Below are positions 40,500 through 50,048 of a stretch of DNA of 64,000 bases, piece by piece; within the stretch, counting starts at the first letter, position 1; every line of letters begins with the position of its first letter. Location of the stretch: assembly GCA_963701665.1 (NCBI GenBank), contig OY969622.1, positions 608,001 through 672,000 of the forward strand, given 5' to 3'. A program made the position numbers and the translations under genes. The notes under the pieces are model-generated. The model did not search any database, was not told the DNA's origin, and worked only from the letters and a program-made list of their open reading frames with translations. The stretch comes from Candidatus Babeliales bacterium. GTDB taxonomy: Bacteria > Babelota > Babeliae > Babelales > JANWKD01.

Positions 40500-41333
40500 T
40501 TAGCTATTCTTTTCTGGAAAAATACCATTTAACGCTTGAAATATTTCTTGATTAAAAGACAACGTATTTGTTGATTGTTTGTTTCTAAAGCAAAACATTT
40601 TTGCATAAGCATCAGGAGTAAACTCTTTTTTTGATAAGACATCATCTTCTGCATTTAGACTTACAACTATATCATCAAAGTTATTTGGAGCAGCTCTAGG
40701 AGTTTCTGTTATAATTTCTCCATCCTGTCTACTTAATAAATATTTTTCGATAAATGGAATACTCGGCTCTTTTTCTGCGCGCTTATCGTTGAAGGGTGGT
40801 GTTTCGATAATAACCGTATCACCTAATTCAAAAATAACATCAGTAATTTCTTTCCAAGGACTCATATGGTGCAGGACATTTAATGCCAAGACAACATCAA
40901 AATGCTCATGTTTAGCTAATAATTGAAGATCTTCAAGAGAAAGAGCTCGTTTGAGGTAAATAAGATTTCGCACTTCTGTATTGAATTTGCAAATATTAGC
41001 TAATCTATCTGATAAATCGGCCATTACACAAGTTGCTTTAAAATCTTTTGCTAGCCTCAAGCTAAAGTAACCATTACTTGCACCAATATCAAGAATCTTT
41101 ATTGGTCTTTTATATTCAGCTAATGCCGCTTTTATTGCTTCATAACGTGAAGGACAGTCAGGACCAACTCCTTTAAAAATAACTTCATTATTTATCATAA
41201 TATCTTGATAAGGAAAATATCTTTCACATGAAAGTTTTTCTAGAATTTCTTCTTTGCTCATTACATCGCAAGCATATGAAGTACCGCTTGCTAGGATTAA
41301 AACCCCATAAATAAAAAATAATTTAGTTTTCAT
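40500..41333 (-). CDS. Class I SAM-dependent methyltransferase
   Basis: ILDIGASNGYFS motif I; FDVVLALNVLHH. Confidence 0.85.
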   Translation of the reverse strand: MKTKLFFIYGVLILASGTSYACDVMSKEEILEKLSCERYFPYQDIMINNEVIFKGVGPDCPSRYEAIKAALAEYKRPIKILDIGASNGYFSLRLAKDFKATCVMADLSDRLANICKFNTEVRNLIYLKRALSLEDLQLLAKHEHFDVVLALNVLHHMSPWKEITDVIFELGDTVIIETPPFNDKRAEKEPSIPFIEKYLLSRQDGEIITETPRAAPNNFDDIVVSLNAEDDVLSKKEFTPDAYAKMFCFRNKQSTNTLSFNQEIFQALNGIFPEKNS

Positions 41334-41334
41334 A

Positions 41335-42363
41335 TTAATTTTTCCCATGGTTACTATTGTGACTAAAATTGAAAGATTCATTTAACTTTTTAATTACAGA
41401 ATCAAAGTCCTTAACTACATTTCCCATTTTTACTTCTACAGGAAATCCATCCTCACCTTGCATAACTATATGGCTTTCACCATTTGGAAATACATGAAAA
41501 TATCGTCCAAAGGAATTTTGAAAAGGTTGCGATTCAATAGCAAATTCTGGATTTAGTAATTTTGTTTTTTGTACTATTTCGTTAAATTGGTTTGTAGTAA
41601 TTAACCAATCACCATTTAAAATATCATCTTTTCTTGGACCAACAGGACTAACCTGATATATTTTCCAGCGCATTTTTTTTGGCTCAATACCCGCTTCTAA
41701 CATAGTTTTACCAATATATGGTACAGAATCTATATTAGGAGCAGCGGCGACAGTTCTTACTGTAAGATTGGTTTTTTCAAAGTTTGTTTGTATAAACTTT
41801 ATTGCTTCTAACACCTTAGAAAAATGCAAAATCGTTCCAATACGCATAATCGCATTTATTTCTACGGTATGCCCATCCAAGGGTAATCCTACATCATTTA
41901 TAAATGGTAATATCGATGCACCTCTTTTAATCATGAGTAGGCCGTTGCTTGATAAGGTAGTGCGTAATCCTAATTCCGTTTTAGTATAACGTGCTAATTC
42001 AGGAAGTTCCTTTTTTAATAAAGTTTCTCCTCCCGTAAATACAACGTTTTTTGTGCCTAATCGCTTTAATTCATATGCTAAGTTTTTCCATTCATTTAAA
42101 GTTACGTCTTCTTTTGCATTATGAACAGGCCCCCAACACCATTTACAATTTAGATTACAAACACCGTTAATGTTCATATCAACTGTTTCAGGAGCACGGT
42201 AATACATTGAACTTAAAGTTGTTAACTTTTTTTGTTGCATTAAAGGGAAAATTGTAGATAAAAGTTGTGTTGATTTTTTAGTTTTTAACACATTTGAACA
42301 AACTTCTTGTCCCTTACATGCAAAACAAAATAGCAATAGTATAGAAAGTCTATGTAGATGCAT
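41335..42363 (-). CDS. Radical SAM enzyme, viperin-like
   Basis: CNLNCKWC, FTGGE, SNG; C-terminal RWKIYQ...LIT..QF...YF.V.PNG segment resembles viperins. Radical SAM call is firm, the subfamily is tentative. Confidence 0.8.
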   Translation of the reverse strand: MHLHRLSILLLFCFACKGQEVCSNVLKTKKSTQLLSTIFPLMQQKKLTTLSSMYYRAPETVDMNINGVCNLNCKWCWGPVHNAKEDVTLNEWKNLAYELKRLGTKNVVFTGGETLLKKELPELARYTKTELGLRTTLSSNGLLMIKRGASILPFINDVGLPLDGHTVEINAIMRIGTILHFSKVLEAIKFIQTNFEKTNLTVRTVAAAPNIDSVPYIGKTMLEAGIEPKKMRWKIYQVSPVGPRKDDILNGDWLITTNQFNEIVQKTKLLNPEFAIESQPFQNSFGRYFHVFPNGESHIVMQGEDGFPVEVKMGNVVKDFDSVIKKLNESFNFSHNSNHGKN

Positions 42364-42786
42364 TTATTGTTTTCTTTCGAGATACAAAACATTTTCAAAA
42401 TAGTTTTTGAGAATGTTCTTGTGAGGATTAAATAGTTCTTCTGGTAAATTCGTGAGAGAAAAAAACTTCCACTCATAACAAAGGTCGGGCTCCATATTTT
42501 TGATTTCACCCAAAAATTTTTCAAGCAAAAAAGATATATGAATATAATGACCACGCTCATCAATACAATCCGCTACACTAATTAATCTAAACTCCAAGCC
42601 TTCAATATCTATTTCTTCTTTTAATTCTCTTCTAACGCACTCTCTTATTGATTCGCCTTGTTCTAAATGACCACCTGGCAACCCCCACATTCCTTCGCCG
42701 TAACAATTCTTTCTTTTTCCTAATAAAATGGCATCATTTTTTATTAAAAAAATCTCACATCCAACTTTAATATTTTTGTTGCTCAT
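42364..42786 (-). CDS. Nudix hydrolase (MutT/NUDT15-like)
   Basis: Nudix box GGHLEQGESIRECVRRELKEE; NMEPD.C.EW.FF. Confidence 0.92.
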   Translation of the reverse strand: MSNKNIKVGCEIFLIKNDAILLGKRKNCYGEGMWGLPGGHLEQGESIRECVRRELKEEIDIEGLEFRLISVADCIDERGHYIHISFLLEKFLGEIKNMEPDLCYEWKFFSLTNLPEELFNPHKNILKNYFENVLYLERKQ

Positions 42787-42943
42787 GACTTACCTTTATA
42801 TATATTTCTAAATTTTTTCTCTAAGAATCATACGTTAAAACGCTTAAAAGGTAAAGGCTGCTAGTCGGTTTAATGGTTTGACTTTTTCTCAGATAATGAC
42901 ACTCTTAATTTTAAAATTAACCTTTTAGGAGAAATGATTACAC

Positions 42944-43120
42944 ATGAAAAATACTGAATCTAAAAAATCAAAAACTACAATTTACATGTCTGAAGAAGAT
43001 GAGACACTTCTTGATGAAGTCTTTATAAAGCGCATTAGAGATCGCAAAAAAACAGATCGATCAACACTTCTTTGCGAAGGCATTAGACTTCTGTATAAAA
43101 AAGAAATAGACCCAAACTAA
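42944..43120 (+). CDS. Small ribbon-helix-helix-like regulator (not in the ORF track)
   Basis: My translation: MKNTESKKSKTTIYMSEEDETLLDEVFIKRIRDRKKTDRSTLLCEGIRLLYKKEIDPN; AGGAG upstream. Confidence 0.6.
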   Translation: MKNTESKKSKTTIYMSEEDETLLDEVFIKRIRDRKKTDRSTLLCEGIRLLYKKEIDPN

Positions 43121-43162
43121 AATTTCTCCATAAAAAGCTAACTCTTGTTTAAGAGATATTTA

Positions 43163-43657
43163 ATGAATTTTATATATGCGCCTGGTCGTTCATCTTATTT
43201 TAAAGATGGATCTTTAAAGACAAAAAAAAGAGAGTCTTGTCTCTTTTGCGAAAAGATTGCACAAGAAAATGACCGTGAAAATTTAATTTTAAAACGGACT
43301 AAAAATTCGGTTATTATGTTGAATTTATATCCATATAATGCGGGTCATATTTTGGTATTGCCTTATATGCATACTGCTGAATTATCAATTTTATCACAAG
43401 AAGATCGTTCTCAGTTAATGGATGATATTAATCATTCTGTTTTGAAACTAGAAGCAGTTCTTTCTTGTGAAGGCATTAATATAGGGATTAATAAAGGCAA
43501 GGTATCAGGTGGAAGTGTCGCTGATCATTTACATGTTCATGTTGTTCCTCGTTATAGTAACGATACAAATTTTATGATGGTTTGTGATGCTACTAAAGTT
43601 GTAGGAATGTCACCATTGCATATGTATGATATTTTAAAAAAACATTTCGATGAATGA
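43163..43657 (+). CDS. HIT-family hydrolase (Ap4A hydrolase/phosphorylase-like)
   Basis: CLFC, NLYPYNAGHILV.P..H, HLHVHVVPR histidine triad. Confidence 0.92.
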   Translation: MNFIYAPGRSSYFKDGSLKTKKRESCLFCEKIAQENDRENLILKRTKNSVIMLNLYPYNAGHILVLPYMHTAELSILSQEDRSQLMDDINHSVLKLEAVLSCEGINIGINKGKVSGGSVADHLHVHVVPRYSNDTNFMMVCDATKVVGMSPLHMYDILKKHFDE

Positions 43658-43757
43658 TATTAATCATAGGTTGTAATGCTTAATTGTTTGGCTTATTTAC
43701 TTCCATGCCTAAAATTTATCTATTTTAGAAAAGATAACATTTGATTAATTCAAATAG

Positions 43758-44945
43758 TTAGTTTTTATCTGATTGAGCAAAATCACAATATTCACAAATT
43801 CGATTAGTAATTTGATCTTTTGATATTATGGGCGGCTTTGATTGATTTAAACAACTTCTCATATTTTTAATTGTATTTTGAACCCATGAATCATCTATCT
43901 CATAACTTGATATTGATACATAGCACTTTAAATTTTTATCAAATGGCATAAATGAGTATTGGTTTTCTCCTACATTTATATAAAAGAAATAAGCTTTTGT
44001 AGAAACTGCGTATCCATTTTTTTTAAATAACCATGTATAATATGCAACCTGACGTCTATAATTTTCATACCAAGCATCACTTGTTATGCATATATTTACT
44101 CCTTTTGCAGTTGTTTTATATTCAACAATTATTAGTTCATTTTGATTATTTATCCAAACATCATCAACACTACCAAACAAATCAAAATTTGTTTGGTAAT
44201 CATAAAATCTGATTCCTCCATCATAGACATCAATATTATTTTTTTTTCGTTTAGTAGTTTGCCATTTCTTTATAGAATTATACTTATCATTATATGGAAC
44301 CGCATCAATTCCATGATTAGCCATAAATTGAGGATGAGCCTTCCATTTTCGAAAAAAATTCATTTCATTTTTTACTAATTCATCAATTTTTGTAGTTATT
44401 TTAAAAGACTCAGGATCAATACCAGGTCGTTTTTTCCCTCGTTTCAATTCCCTATAAAAACATCTTTGACATTGCAAAAAAAGACTTATTTGCTTCCAAC
44501 TTATTTCTCGCAATCCATCCTGCAAAATAAGTTTCTCTCGCCATTTGAGTTTTGGTATGGCAATACCTGTCATTACAATATATGATTTCATTTTCAAATA
44601 AATAAAATGGTGGCTATTAATATCAATATTAAAACCAATCAGCTCACTAATTTCAATCCATTGATTTGAACTTCTGTGCAATAAAATTGTGCTTAAAATT
44701 TGCATTCCATTTTCATCAATACGTAAACCCTGAAAAATTGATAAGCCATTCTCCTCCAGAAAAGGTCTTGTTGCTATTATAATACATCGAAAGTCTTCAA
44801 TTATACTTTTATAATTACGTAAACCTAATTGCATTTTGATACGAGCTTTAAATAAAGCCGTAGTTAATTCATCAATATTATCAGATTGATAATAAGCGGA
44901 AAATTCGCCTTGCAGGTCTTCAATATGAGATTCAAGATAGACCAT
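43758..44945 (-). CDS. ERF-like domain fused to a PD-(D/E)XK nuclease
   Basis: N-terminal S..IDEL..AL...RPFL..NGL...Q...L.TILLH...QW; C-terminal CQRC, GSVDD, VEYKT, RQ..YY, CEYC. Confidence 0.7.
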   Translation of the reverse strand: MVYLESHIEDLQGEFSAYYQSDNIDELTTALFKARIKMQLGLRNYKSIIEDFRCIIIATRPFLEENGLSIFQGLRIDENGMQILSTILLHRSSNQWIEISELIGFNIDINSHHFIYLKMKSYIVMTGIAIPKLKWREKLILQDGLREISWKQISLFLQCQRCFYRELKRGKKRPGIDPESFKITTKIDELVKNEMNFFRKWKAHPQFMANHGIDAVPYNDKYNSIKKWQTTKRKKNNIDVYDGGIRFYDYQTNFDLFGSVDDVWINNQNELIIVEYKTTAKGVNICITSDAWYENYRRQVAYYTWLFKKNGYAVSTKAYFFYINVGENQYSFMPFDKNLKCYVSISSYEIDDSWVQNTIKNMRSCLNQSKPPIISKDQITNRICEYCDFAQSDKN

Positions 44946-44948
44946 AAT

Positions 44949-45389
44949 CTATTTAACAACTAAGCCAATAATAGAAATGTAAGATTGCATTCGTAAGAAT
45001 GTTAAATATTTTATGGGATCTTTTTCTTCCCATTCTGAATCACCAAATAATTCGTATGCCGAAACCCATTGTCCAGATTTATGCAGAAGTATTGTTCGTA
45101 GTATTTTATGTCCTACATCATCTCTTTGAATTAATTGCGTAACCGCAAGACCATTTTTGACTAATGCAAATCTAGAAGCTTTTATTACGTCCCCAAAATC
45201 CTCCAAAATATCAGGAAAACAATTTTTTAAAATAGGTGTACCTATTTCTGCTTGAGCAATTGATAATGCGCTCCCCAGTTCATTTAATTCAGCAGAACAA
45301 TGAATATCATTTGAAAAATTTTTATTAAATATTTCATTAGAAAATTCATTATGTTCAAATCCAATAGCATCAATCAATATATCATTCAT
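44949..45389 (-). CDS. ERF-family ssDNA-annealing-like protein
   Basis: S.ELNEL..AL..AQ.E, SR.AL.KNGLAVTQ, LRTILLHKSGQW. Confidence 0.75.
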   Translation of the reverse strand: MNDILIDAIGFEHNEFSNEIFNKNFSNDIHCSAELNELGSALSIAQAEIGTPILKNCFPDILEDFGDVIKASRFALVKNGLAVTQLIQRDDVGHKILRTILLHKSGQWVSAYELFGDSEWEEKDPIKYLTFLRMQSYISIIGLVVK

Positions 45390-45582
45390 GTATAAAACCC
45401 CTAAAAAGAAATAATAATTTTTATTATTTTACACAGATAGAAAATATATGCAAATTTATCAATTAAATTAAGGGTTTTTTTATATTTATATATATACAAC
45501 AAGATATGTAAATGCTTTTTCAGAATGATTTGTGTAATATTAAAAATATTATTATCTATATATTTCGATAAAGGAGAAAGTT

Positions 45583-46233
45583 TTGACTCATTGGGGTTGG
45601 TACTGGAGGATAAAGCAAAAACACATAGCAAGGGCTCTATGCTCTAAATTACCCACGATTGATTCATTTAAGTTGGCGCAGCATATTAAGGCTATGGTTG
45701 GATTTACCGTGCAACCTTTAGGGGTTAAAGCTATAATTCAAGACAATATTTTGAAGGTTATCTATAGAAAGCGCAAAGATTGTTCTTATATTATCCTTAT
45801 CGATAAGCAGCCCTGCAACTACGGCGGATTCCGTTACTTCTTCAGATGTCCCTTATGCCAGAGACGAATGCGGATACTCTATTTTGCAGAGCAAAGTATT
45901 TTTCTTTGCCGTAAATGCTTAAACCTAAGCTATGAAACCCAACATTTAAGGCCAACTAAGCGCTATGACTATATGAGTAAAAAAGTTAAAGATGGTATAA
46001 AAGACAAACAAGGCGATCTAGAACTTTCCAAAAAACCACCTCGAATGCATGAAGATAAATATCAAAAACTTAAAGATAAGCAATTTTATTACGAATGCAA
46101 ATCAAATCAGGCGTTTAACAACGAACTAAGAGAATGGTATGGTGCAAAAATTGAGCCTTATATCGATTGCTATTTTGATTATGTGGATGAAAGTAAGGGT
46201 TGGCAGAAAAATTACCGTGCATTGAATAAATAG
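45583..46233 (+). CDS. Zn-finger hypothetical protein
   Basis: GG.R.FF.CP.C.RR...LY...F.CR.C..L.Y..Q, KPPRMH; start uncertain. Confidence 0.65.
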   Translation: MTHWGWYWRIKQKHIARALCSKLPTIDSFKLAQHIKAMVGFTVQPLGVKAIIQDNILKVIYRKRKDCSYIILIDKQPCNYGGFRYFFRCPLCQRRMRILYFAEQSIFLCRKCLNLSYETQHLRPTKRYDYMSKKVKDGIKDKQGDLELSKKPPRMHEDKYQKLKDKQFYYECKSNQAFNNELREWYGAKIEPYIDCYFDYVDESKGWQKNYRALNK

Positions 46234-46260
46234 TTTTTTTGTCATGATTGCTCTTTCATT

Positions 46261-47487
46261 TTATATCGTTATTTCAATGATCTTTCTCATCAATCTTAAG
46301 CCTTGTTGTAGTTCACCAGTTTGAGCTCGAGGTGAATTTAGGCCTACATTGATTTCTTGCTCAAGTTTATCATAAGCATATCGCGTAATTGTTCGTTCGC
46401 TAATGTAATGCAGTATCCAATTAACCAGCTCCTGATCTTCTTGATTCCATAAAAGTTTTATTAAGTTTAAGTCACGTTGCATTTGAGTTGATAACTTTTC
46501 TATAATCCAAGATCTAACATCAAAGCCTTGCTGTATAGCTTCTCCAATGTCTTTACCAATTGTAGTCGGATAACTTTGTGCATGAGAGTAAAGTGCTTTC
46601 CATTTATCGAACATAATGCTTCCAGCACTGTCGTTATCATGGCAAATCAGTAAAACAGTTTTATGTTTGGCAAGATAATCAGTTGTAGGATCTGGATTTT
46701 TTGTACAACCACCAATAGCTATAATAACGGCGAAATCACCTACTGCATGATGCAATGCATATGCGTCTAATTCAGACTCAACAACGATCATGATAGGGTT
46801 CTTCTTATTGCCAATTATATTAAGGCCTTTCATGCTTCCCGATATTGCAATATATTTAGGCCATTCATCATCTATTTTCCAATTCTTCCGTCGGATCTTT
46901 AATCTTATGACATTTTCATTTTTTTCTATGGCAGGTATAAGTATTCCTGCTGGAAACCAGATTGTTTCTTTGTCTAATCCCCAAGCAGCTCCTTCAAAAT
47001 TTTTGTCCTCTGAAAGCCAACTTATTTTATAATTTTTAATTGCCTCAATGGGCAGGCCTCGCTTATCTAGAATTTGCAAAATATCTTTTTGTAATAGCAC
47101 GCAATCATGCGCTTCTTGAACAAGTTTGTTTGCTTGTTGAATCCAAAGAATAGATGGTTTATCAAGGAGCATAACGGAATTTTTACTTTTTGTGTTTGCA
47201 AAAATAGTTGGCATTTTATCAGCAAGTTTTGCTTCAACATATTTTTCAGCTTCTTTGAAGTTGGTAAAACCAAGATAATCTAAACAAAATTGAATAGAAT
47301 CACCGCGAGCATTACATTGTCGACAAAAATAATAACCTGTACAATTTTTCATTTGTTTGTTGGGTTGTATAACAAATCTATCTGATCCGCCACACACTGG
47401 ACATGGTGAATGATATTCACCGCCCTGGGTATTAGCTGCTCGTTTGGCAATAAGCCCTTTTTCGTGAACAAGATCTAGGAGATCCAT
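46261..47487 (-). CDS. Primase-like protein (Zn ribbon + Toprim)
   Basis: PCPVCGGSDRF...CRQC...GD; VVESELDA; DND.AG; KD. Confidence 0.85.
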   Translation of the reverse strand: MDLLDLVHEKGLIAKRAANTQGGEYHSPCPVCGGSDRFVIQPNKQMKNCTGYYFCRQCNARGDSIQFCLDYLGFTNFKEAEKYVEAKLADKMPTIFANTKSKNSVMLLDKPSILWIQQANKLVQEAHDCVLLQKDILQILDKRGLPIEAIKNYKISWLSEDKNFEGAAWGLDKETIWFPAGILIPAIEKNENVIRLKIRRKNWKIDDEWPKYIAISGSMKGLNIIGNKKNPIMIVVESELDAYALHHAVGDFAVIIAIGGCTKNPDPTTDYLAKHKTVLLICHDNDSAGSIMFDKWKALYSHAQSYPTTIGKDIGEAIQQGFDVRSWIIEKLSTQMQRDLNLIKLLWNQEDQELVNWILHYISERTITRYAYDKLEQEINVGLNSPRAQTGELQQGLRLMRKIIEITI

Positions 47488-47652
47488 TTTTCATTCCTTT
47501 ATTTGATCATTGTGATAATAATCACGTGGTATTGGTGGATTTCGTGGCTTTGATTTATATCTTTCATAAAAAACAACAATAAATATTCAGACAAGTTTTT
47601 AGGAACAAACAAAAACAAATCCACCATATCAACCAATACCACGGTTTTAATA

Positions 47653-49461
47653 TCAAATCTTTCTAATGCGCCACAAAGATGTCCCTTGATGTATGCCATT
47701 TTGTTCTAAGCGTAAGCCGCCCTCTATACGATTTTTGTAGAGCGCTAATTTTTTTGCCAAACTCCGTTGATTAATGGCGCCATTCTTATCGCCAGCTAGC
47801 TCAAGTAGTGATTCTTGAAAAGTTTCTTTTATTTCATCATTATCATCATCATCGATAGCATTATTAACTTGTATAGAATTCATATTCTTAAGTTCTTTTA
47901 ACTTAATAGATCGATCGCCAAAAATTTTATACCAAGTCATGAACAATGAATTTAACATGATTCTTATAGGGTCATTATTCTGTATATCTTTTCGAGTTTC
48001 ATATGGATCGGCCATGCCGAGCCAAACAATTGCAGATCGAATCCAACGGTTCCATTCTTCAAATCTTCCAAATTGCTCAATATTCTGGACTGGACTTCCG
48101 GCAACATGATAAGCACGAAGAATAATTAAACCCGCCAGAACAAGTTTATTACGATTTTCAGGAATATATTTTCGTAGGTCTATTGCAAAAGATCGTTCTT
48201 CAGGATGTTCAACTTGAGGATCAAGTTTGCATAATAATGCTCTTGTGGAAATATCGCCCATAAAAATTAGATTGTTTCCCGTTACAAGAAAAGTTGCAGT
48301 GGTGAGTACTGTTCTTGTTTCATTTCCTCCCAAGAGACGATCTTTGTATTCTTGTTGAGTTAAAATAGAACATAAAGCAGCGCTCTTGAACGGTTTTTCT
48401 ACGTTGTCATAACAAACAATAGGATCGCCCTCAATTAAAACTGCCATGATACGTTTTTTTTCTTCAGTTTCGTTTTCTGCTTGAGCAATTACACTATTGG
48501 GTTTTCCTGTAGCAATAAGTGAAACAACATCCGCCAAAAGACTTTTTCCGCTGGCCATTTTAGGCGCTGTAAAACCGAATAATGGTGCCGTTGTAATAGA
48601 TCTTCTAACAAGAGCGGTAAGAATTGCAGCAAGTGTAACTGATTTACTTGCGGCATTTTCGAAAGGAAACTCTTCTAAGATTTTCAGCAGTTCATCTTTA
48701 GCTCTTTGAGCATCTTCCAATGTAGGCTCTGTTGGAATTTTACCAAATGTATAATTACCCGGAAAAAACAAAAGGCCTGAAGCATCATCATAACCAGGTT
48801 CATCTAAAATGGAGCAATCTGCACGCAGTGTAGGAGCATTAATGATTCCTGTTAGCACGGGTATATTCCATTGTTGTTTTGCAAGCAAATATTTAGAAAT
48901 TCTTTCTGGGCAATCAATTTTTTTAAACTTTCCTGTACGAGTATCAAAATTTAAAAAATTTCCACGTTTAGTCAGATGTACTGTTAAAAACGCTTGGTCA
49001 ATTTCTTTAATAATTACGGCATCATGTGATCTTTTTATCAGTATTCTTTTATTGATTGGAGAGTGTAAAATTTTTGCGATATGAACCAATTTTCCAGATC
49101 TTTGATAGATATGATCTTCCCGCGATAGGAGCAATTTTTCTGCATCTTCTACAACTTCTGGCAACTTTGAGGGCTCAAGATATATTGTACTTTGAAATGA
49201 ATGTTTTTTTGTTTGATATGTTTTATAAGATTCTTGTAAACTAAGAACTTGTGATGCTTCGGCCTGACCTAAATCTTCAATTGATAATACGAATAAATTT
49301 TCCCATGATGTATCGCCATAACCAAACTCTGCTTTTTTTGTATTAAGATCATTCTCTTCATTTATTAATTCATCGTATTCGGAATTACGAATCTCTTGGT
49401 AAAATGATGTTACGCTGTTAGTTTTTTGCTCTTTTTTGATATTTTTGCTATCATTACTCAT
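47653..49461 (-). CDS. P-loop ATPase, putative replicative helicase of the element
   Basis: Walker A A....SGKS, Walker B-like VCYDN, TGNN; adjacent to the primase. Confidence 0.7.
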   Translation of the reverse strand: MSNDSKNIKKEQKTNSVTSFYQEIRNSEYDELINEENDLNTKKAEFGYGDTSWENLFVLSIEDLGQAEASQVLSLQESYKTYQTKKHSFQSTIYLEPSKLPEVVEDAEKLLLSREDHIYQRSGKLVHIAKILHSPINKRILIKRSHDAVIIKEIDQAFLTVHLTKRGNFLNFDTRTGKFKKIDCPERISKYLLAKQQWNIPVLTGIINAPTLRADCSILDEPGYDDASGLLFFPGNYTFGKIPTEPTLEDAQRAKDELLKILEEFPFENAASKSVTLAAILTALVRRSITTAPLFGFTAPKMASGKSLLADVVSLIATGKPNSVIAQAENETEEKKRIMAVLIEGDPIVCYDNVEKPFKSAALCSILTQQEYKDRLLGGNETRTVLTTATFLVTGNNLIFMGDISTRALLCKLDPQVEHPEERSFAIDLRKYIPENRNKLVLAGLIILRAYHVAGSPVQNIEQFGRFEEWNRWIRSAIVWLGMADPYETRKDIQNNDPIRIMLNSLFMTWYKIFGDRSIKLKELKNMNSIQVNNAIDDDDNDEIKETFQESLLELAGDKNGAINQRSLAKKLALYKNRIEGGLRLEQNGIHQGTSLWRIRKI

Positions 49462-49480
49462 ATGAAATCCTTAAATTTAT

Positions 49481-49513
49481 AAGCCATCAATCAGCATTGA
49501 TGGCTTTGCTTTT
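49481..49513. terminator. Hairpin between the SpoVG-like and helicase genes
   Basis: AAGCCATCAAT-cagc-ATTGATGGCTT. Confidence 0.55.
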
Positions 49514-49514
49514 T

Positions 49515-49781
49515 TTACTGATGTGTCACTTCTTCAAGTTTTACTATGATTGCCTCTTCTATATGTTTTGCTATTGATTTATTAATGGGATGAAAGATAT
49601 TGAGATTTCCGCTTGAACTTTTGCGTGTTGGGTATGTTATTCTGTATCCTCCGGCGGGCCGAGTATAAATTCCTATGCCTCCTAGATAAAAACTGTTATC
49701 AAAAACAATACTTGCAAATCCAACAAGGCCATCTATAGGTTTAATAGGAGTTATCTGAATTTCGCTGATTTTGTTTTTCAT
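49515..49781 (-). CDS. SpoVG-family nucleic-acid-binding protein
   Basis: ISEIQI.....L.GFASIVFDN.F....I.I........YP.RK.......FHPIN......IEEAI. Confidence 0.75.
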   Translation of the reverse strand: MKNKISEIQITPIKPIDGLVGFASIVFDNSFYLGGIGIYTRPAGGYRITYPTRKSSSGNLNIFHPINKSIAKHIEEAIIVKLEEVTHQ

Positions 49782-49932
49782 TCGTATACCCTTTCGATAC
49801 GTTTTCATTTTGGTCCCATTCCATAAGCAATGAAAAAAAATCAACAACTGGCTTATACTCGTCGATTAGCCAAGGTTGAGTTTCTTTTTGGGATGCATAA
49901 ATGTGCGTGATAATATTTTTTTTCTTTTTCAT
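49741..49932 (-). CDS. Small hypothetical protein
   Basis: 63-aa ORF with an upstream AAGGGG, co-oriented with the replication genes. Confidence 0.4.
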   Translation of the reverse strand: MKKKKNIITHIYASQKETQPWLIDEYKPVVDFFSLLMEWDQNENVSKGYTNEKQNQRNSDNSY

Positions 49933-50048
49933 ACCCCTTACTATTGCAAAAAGTGTGGTATGAGAAGCGCTGAGCGTACGCCCGGCGTAAGTATTGAGAA
50001 GATTGTTAGCAAGAGGGGATATGCTACAGACTTTGTTCTTATAGAGGT

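Noticed and set aside
43758..44945. Cas4 / CRISPR adaptation gene
   Set aside because: The fold class may be similar, but there is no array or other cas gene, and the context is ERF and primase genes
45401..45631. 76-aa minus-strand ORF
   Set aside because: Very AT-rich, low-complexity sequence; more likely a divergent promoter region
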